A stretch of 64,000 nucleotides of DNA from positions 224,001-288,000 of the forward strand of contig CAWBAN010000005.1 in assembly GCA_963786935.1 (NCBI GenBank). Direction: 5' to 3'. The notes below the pieces were generated by a model. The model made no database searches. It worked only from the letters and a program-made list of their open reading frames with translations, and was not told the origin of the DNA. This DNA comes from an uncultured bacterium (GTDB lineage Bacteria; Krumholzibacteriota; Krumholzibacteriia; Krumholzibacteriales; Krumholzibacteriaceae). This document shows, piece after piece, positions 59,152 through 64,000 of the stretch (position 1 is the stretch's first letter; every line of letters begins with the position of its first letter). Position numbers and translations under genes: made by a program.

Positions 59152-61433
59152 ATGCATAATAAACGGAAGCTATTCTGGATTCTATTCTTGGGATTTCTCA
59201 TTCAGGGAAACGGCGTCGCGCGGGGCCAGACGGACGGGGCGATCGCCGGATGGGGCAACCAGATCATCGTCGAGCCCGGCGAGCTCGATGATCTGACGGC
59301 CGTCGCGGGCGGCGGGGCCCACAGCCTCGGGCTCAGGTCCGACAGCAGCGTCGTCGCCTGGGGATGGAACAGCTACGGCCAGTGCAGGGTCCCCTATCCG
59401 AACGCCGGCTTCATCGCCGTCGCGGGAGGGCTATTACCACAGCCTCGGGCTCAAGGCCGACGGAACGATCGTCGCCTGGGGGAGAAACGTCGAGGGTCAG
59501 CGCGTCGTTCCCTCGCCCAACGCCGATTTCATCGCCGTCGCGGGAGGCGGGGTTCACAGCCTCGGGCTCAAATCGAACGGATCGATCGTGGCGTGGGGGG
59601 ACGACAGCCGCGGCCAGTGCGACGTCCCCGCGCCCAACGCCGGTTTCCTCGCCGTCGGGGCAGGGACGTACCACAGCCTCGGGCTCAAGTCCGACGGATC
59701 TATCGCGGCCTGGGGCGACAACAGCTACGGTCAGTGCGACGTCCCCGCGCCCAACGCGGATTTCATTGCCATCGGGTGGGGCGATAATCACAGCCTCGGG
59801 CTCAAGTCCGACGGAACGATCGTCGCCTGGGGGTACAACTATTACGGCCAATGCAACGCCCCTGCGCCGAGCACCCGCTTCGTGGCCGTCGCGGGAGGCA
59901 AGTATCACAGCGTGGGCCTCGAATCCGACGGGACGATCGTCACGTGGGGGTGGAGCAGCGACGGCCAGTGCGTCGTTCCCTCGCCCAACGCCGGCTTCTC
60001 CGCCGTCGCGGCCGGCAGATATCACAGCCTGGGCCTCAAGTCGGACGGGACGGTTCTGGCCTGGGGCGATAACGACTGCGGCCAGTCCGGCATCCCCGCG
60101 CCCAATGCCGACTTCACGGCCATCTCCGCGGGAAACTTTCACAGCCTGGGGCTCAGATCCGATGGCTCGATCGCGGCCTGGGGGAACGATCTTTCCGGCC
60201 AGTGCGCCGTCCCCTGGCCGAATGCCGATTTCACGGCCGTCGCGGCGGGGGTTTATCACAGTCTCGGGCTCAAGTCCGACGGCTCGATCGCGGCCTGGGG
60301 GTGGGACAACTACGGATCGTGCACCGTCCCGGCGCCCAATACCGGCTTCATCTCCGTCGCGGCCGGCAATTTTTACAGTCTCGCTCTCAAATCGGGCGGA
60401 ACGATCGCGAGCATGGGGCAACAACGATTACGGCCAATGCGACGTCCCCGCGCCGAACGCGGGTTTCACGGCCGTCGCGGGATGTTACAACAGCAGCCTC
60501 GGGCTCAGATCCGACGGAACGATCGCGGCCTGGGGCGACAACAGCTACGGTCAGTGCGACGTCCCCGTGCCCAACGCCGATTACGTAGCCGTCGCCGCGG
60601 GGTATTTCCACAGCCTTGGGCTCAAATCCGACAGCACGGTCGTCGCCTGGGGCAAGAACGACTACGGCCAGTGCGACGTTCCCTGGCCGAACGCCGGCTT
60701 CGTAGCCGTCGCGGCCGGGTACGATCACAGCGTCGGGCTCAAGTCCGACGGAACCGTCGTGGCGTGGGGGCGGAACAACTACGGCCAGTGCACCGTCCCC
60801 GAATCCAGCGCCGGCTTCGCCGCGATAGCCGCGGGCGGGGGATTCAGCCTGGGCCTGCGGGCGAGACATTCAAACGCCGTCGCGTTCGCCGGCATCGAGG
60901 CCGATTCCCGGGAAGGCGCGATCGTGCTTCGATGGGAGACCGCGTCGGACGAAGCGCTGAAGGGATTCCGGCTGTATCGCGCGCCGCGCCCCGGGGATTT
61001 CTCGTGCATCACCGCGAACCTGCTTCCGAGGGACGCGAGAACCTACGAGGACCGGGCGATCGAACCCGCGACTGAATATCGCTACGCGGTAGCTGCCGTC
61101 ACGCCGGACGGCCGTGAAATCCGCTCGCCCGAGGTGGTCGTCCGCGGCGTCGCTTCGCCGCTCGCGCTCGATCAGAACGTTCCCAATCCATTCAATCCGC
61201 AAACGGCGATCGGATTTTCTCTGCCGGCTCCCGAACGCGTGCGGCTCGACGTCTACGATATCGGCGGGCGTCTCGTGCAGCGGCTCGTCGACGGGTCCAT
61301 GCGGGCGGGGCGTCATCGGATCGAATGGAACGGCAGGGACGCCGGGGGGCGGGAGGCCGCTTCGGGCGTCTATTTCTATCGGCTGACCGCCGGCAAGCGG
61401 ACCCTCTCGCGCAAAATGATTCTCTTGCGATAA
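59152..61433 (+). CDS. Secreted RCC1-repeat protein with FlgD/T9SS-like C-terminal domain; two frameshifts
   Basis: 14 repeats of 39 aa (117 bp) HSLGLKSDG.I.AWG.N.YGQC; C-terminal QNVPNPFNP.T.I...WNG.D...SGVYFYRL; +1 slips near 59430 and 60411. Confidence 0.88.
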
Positions 61434-61457
61434 ATTTTCCTGGAGAGAGACAGCAAT

Positions 61458-62000
61458 ATGAACATCGGGATCGTAGCCCTCGCCGTGTTGACCGCGTTTT
61501 CCGTCGATTCACTGGGGATGACGGCTCCGCCGGATTCGGGAACCGTCGGTTCCGCATCCGATTGTCCGCCCGCGCGCGGCGTGGGAACGATCGCCCCGGC
61601 GATCACGATCCGCTCGATGACCATCGCCGTCAACGGCGTCGAGCGAACGGTGAGCGGCGACGATACGCTGCGTGTGTCGGCCGGCGACGTGATTAGGCTC
61701 AGGGCGGCGGCGATCTGCATCGAGCCGTTTTCGGGCGACGGCGGAAGATTCTGCGTCGACATTTCCCCGACCGATCGAAGCGGGGCGGCGATCTTTTCCG
61801 AACATAAGGGCACGCACATGATGCCCGTCGAGCCCGGCGTCGTCGAGCTCTCGGGGCTCGAATTCGAGTGGACCGTCGGCGATGACTGGAAGAATCTGGC
61901 GGCGGTCGTGAACCACTGGACGCCGGGAAAGAGCCGGGATCTCGAGTGCGCCGACGGGCTCTGCGAGCGCGACGACAGGGTGATCATCGAGCTTCGATAA
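61458..62000 (+). CDS. Exported hypothetical protein
   Basis: GGAG RBS, hydrophobic N-terminus, Cys pairs. Confidence 0.6.
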   Translation: MNIGIVALAVLTAFSVDSLGMTAPPDSGTVGSASDCPPARGVGTIAPAITIRSMTIAVNGVERTVSGDDTLRVSAGDVIRLRAAAICIEPFSGDGGRFCVDISPTDRSGAAIFSEHKGTHMMPVEPGVVELSGLEFEWTVGDDWKNLAAVVNHWTPGKSRDLECADGLCERDDRVIIELR

Positions 62001-62047
62001 CGCAATATCAGCATCGGGTCATTCACCGAAATCCAATGGAGGTACGT

Positions 62048-62413
62048 ATGGACGGCTCTGAACGCGCGGCGGCGAAGATTCACGAGATTCAGCGCGACCG
62101 ACAGGAAGCCCACAGCTTCTTCTACGAGAAATCGGATGTCTACCGGACGTTCGTCGAGCTCGAGAAGAAGACGTTCAAGGACGGCTCGCTCAAGAAGAAG
62201 CACAAGGAGCTCATCGCCATCGGCATCTCGCTCGTCAACTCCTGCGAGTCCTGTCTCGAATGGCATATCAAGCAGGCGCTCGACGCGGGCGCCACGCAGG
62301 ATGAGATCATCGAAGCGATCGAGGTCGGATTCGAAATGGGAATCGGGCCGACGACGGTGACGAGCAGATTCGCCATGAAGGTGCTCAAGCACTACCATGA
62401 CGAGGCCAAATAG
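62048..62413 (+). CDS. Carboxymuconolactone decarboxylase / AhpD-like protein
   Basis: KELIAIGIS....CESCLEWH...A...GAT..EI.EA; GGAGG RBS. Confidence 0.9.
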   Translation: MDGSERAAAKIHEIQRDRQEAHSFFYEKSDVYRTFVELEKKTFKDGSLKKKHKELIAIGISLVNSCESCLEWHIKQALDAGATQDEIIEAIEVGFEMGIGPTTVTSRFAMKVLKHYHDEAK

Positions 62414-62461
62414 GGAACGCGGGCGTCGCCGGGCGCGGCGCCGACTCCGGCGCCGGCGATC

Positions 62462-62490
62462 TTGACGTTCCCCCGGTCCTCCTGTATGCT
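62462..62490 (+). promoter_or_regulatory. Putative sigma-70 promoter
   Basis: TTGACG-17 bp-TATGCT. Confidence 0.6.
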
Positions 62491-62552
62491 GCTGGCGTTC
62501 GAAACAATCGCATAATCCAGCGTGTGCGGATGGCGCCGGCCGGAGGGATGTC

Positions 62553-63026
62553 ATGGATCGCGTCGATATCGTCATTGAACGCAAAACGTCGTATTCGGGA
62601 AGCATCGTCGGGACCCTGAGCGTCAACGGCGATCGCGTCTGTTACACGCTGGAGCTCCCGTGGATCTGGAACGAGAAGGGCGTGAGCTGCGTGCCGAACG
62701 GGCGCTACTCCGCGTTCCTCCGCTACGACAAGGGCGACAAGTGGAGGATCCAGCTCATCAACGTGCCGGGCCGGACCGGCGTGCAGATTCACATGGGGGC
62801 CTATCCGCGGCACACGAAGGGATGCGTGCTCGTCGGGACGAGCACGGGAGCGAATCAAGTCCTGGGATCCGGCTCCGCCTACCGGCGGCTCAAGCGGGCG
62901 TTCTACGGCGCCGTCCAGGCGTCGCAGAGCCCGGATATGAACATCACCGTGGAATTCAAGGGCATTCAGGCGACGCCGTGGGGCGATTTCGCCGGGAGCG
63001 GCGGCGGCCCCGATCGCCGCGCGTGA
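62553..63026 (+). CDS. DUF5675-like protein (His/Cys L,D-transpeptidase-like motif)
   Basis: CYTLELPW..N....SCVP.G.Y and VPGR.G.QIH.G.....TKGCVLVG. Confidence 0.8.
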   Translation: MDRVDIVIERKTSYSGSIVGTLSVNGDRVCYTLELPWIWNEKGVSCVPNGRYSAFLRYDKGDKWRIQLINVPGRTGVQIHMGAYPRHTKGCVLVGTSTGANQVLGSGSAYRRLKRAFYGAVQASQSPDMNITVEFKGIQATPWGDFAGSGGGPDRRA

Positions 63027-63052
63027 TCGTGCGTGTTAAGGAGATATCCGTT

Positions 63053-64000
63053 ATGGACCACAGTCCCGCTCAGTCGGCCATCAATCGCATCGCCTTCATC
63101 GGCAACTACCTGCCGCGCCAGTGCGGCATCGCCACCTTCACCACCGATCTGTGCGAGGCCATCGCCGCCGAATACCGCGGCACGACGTGCATCGCCCTGC
63201 CCGTCAACGATACCGACGACGGGCTACGACTACCCGCCCCGCGTGCGCTTCGAGCTGACCGAGAAGGACATCGACTCGTACCGCCGCGCCGCCGACTTCC
63301 TGAACATCAACAACGTCGACCTGGTCTGCCTGCAGCACGAATACGGCATCTTCGGCGGGCGGGCGGGCAGCCACATCCTGGCGCTGCTGCGCGAACTGCG
63401 CATGCCCATCGTCACGACCCTGCACACCATCCTGCGCGAGCCCGATCCCGACCAGCGGCGGGTGCTGGAGGAGATCGGCGGCCCTGTCCGACCGGCTGGT
63501 GGTCATGAGCGAGCGCGGCGCGGAGTTCCTGCAGGAGATCTATCGGCGTGTCGCCGGAGAAGATCGACCTGATCCCGCACGGCATCCCGGACGTGCCGTT
63601 CGTCGATCCGAGCTTCCACAAGGACCTGTTCGGCGTCGAGGGCAAGATCGTCCTGCTCAGCTTCGGCCTGCTCTCGGCGAACAAGGGCATCGAGAACGTC
63701 ATCGCCGCCCTGCCCGCGATCGTGGCGCGCTACCCGAACGTGGTGTACATCATCCTCGGCGCGACCCATCCGCACGTGATGCAGAACGAGGGCGAGACGT
63801 ACCGGCTGTCGCTGCAGTGGCTGGCCCAGGAAAAAGGCGTGGAAGGCCAACGTCATCTTCTACAACCGGTTCGTCAGCCTGGAAGAGCTGATCGAGTTCA
63901 TCGGCGCGGCGGACATCTACATCACGCCCTATCTCAACGCTGCGCAGATCACCTCGGGCACGCTGGCCTATACGGTGGGCGCGGGCAAGGCCGTGATCTC
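63053..64000 (+). CDS. Glycosyltransferase family 4 (partial, several frameshifts)
   Basis: GNYLPRQCGIATFT, LQHEYGIFGG, TTLHT, IPHGIP, FGLLS.NKGIE and TSGTLAY across frames. Confidence 0.88.

Overview
GC-rich bacterial DNA, probably from an FCB-related candidate lineage such as Krumholzibacteriota, Latescibacterota or Eisenbacteria. This is inferred from the PorV gene, the FlgD/T9SS-like C-terminal domains and the WGxxKxL(Y/F)R C-termini. There are three blocks. (1) About 1.3-38.1 kb is a large surface-glycan locus: Wzx, Wzy/O-antigen-ligase-like protein, three GT4, one GT2, AlgD-like dehydrogenase, heparinase II/III, deacetylase, acyltransferases and AsnB. It also holds an ACP/adenylase/NadE-like/amidotransferase module, a PorV-cargo pair, two secreted proteins with a shared short C-terminal motif, several sigma-54-type promoters and an unusual HPr-kinase-like / RtcB-like / methyltransferase-like / phosphotransferase module. 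(2) About 38.2-53.1 kb is housekeeping genes: geranylgeranyl reductase with ferredoxin, ilvE, rpiB, glyA, dCMP deaminase, nrdR, tatC, polyprenyl synthase, radical SAM, rsfS, argS, pfkB. (3) About 53.4-64 kb is co-oriented accessory genes, several broken by single-base insertions that look like sequencing errors. I found no rRNA, tRNA, CRISPR array, integrase or transposase. The best novel-system candidates are the RtcB-like ligase module inside the glycan operon and a putative WGxxK C-terminal sorting/glycosylation system. All assignments come from motif reading only; no searches were run.
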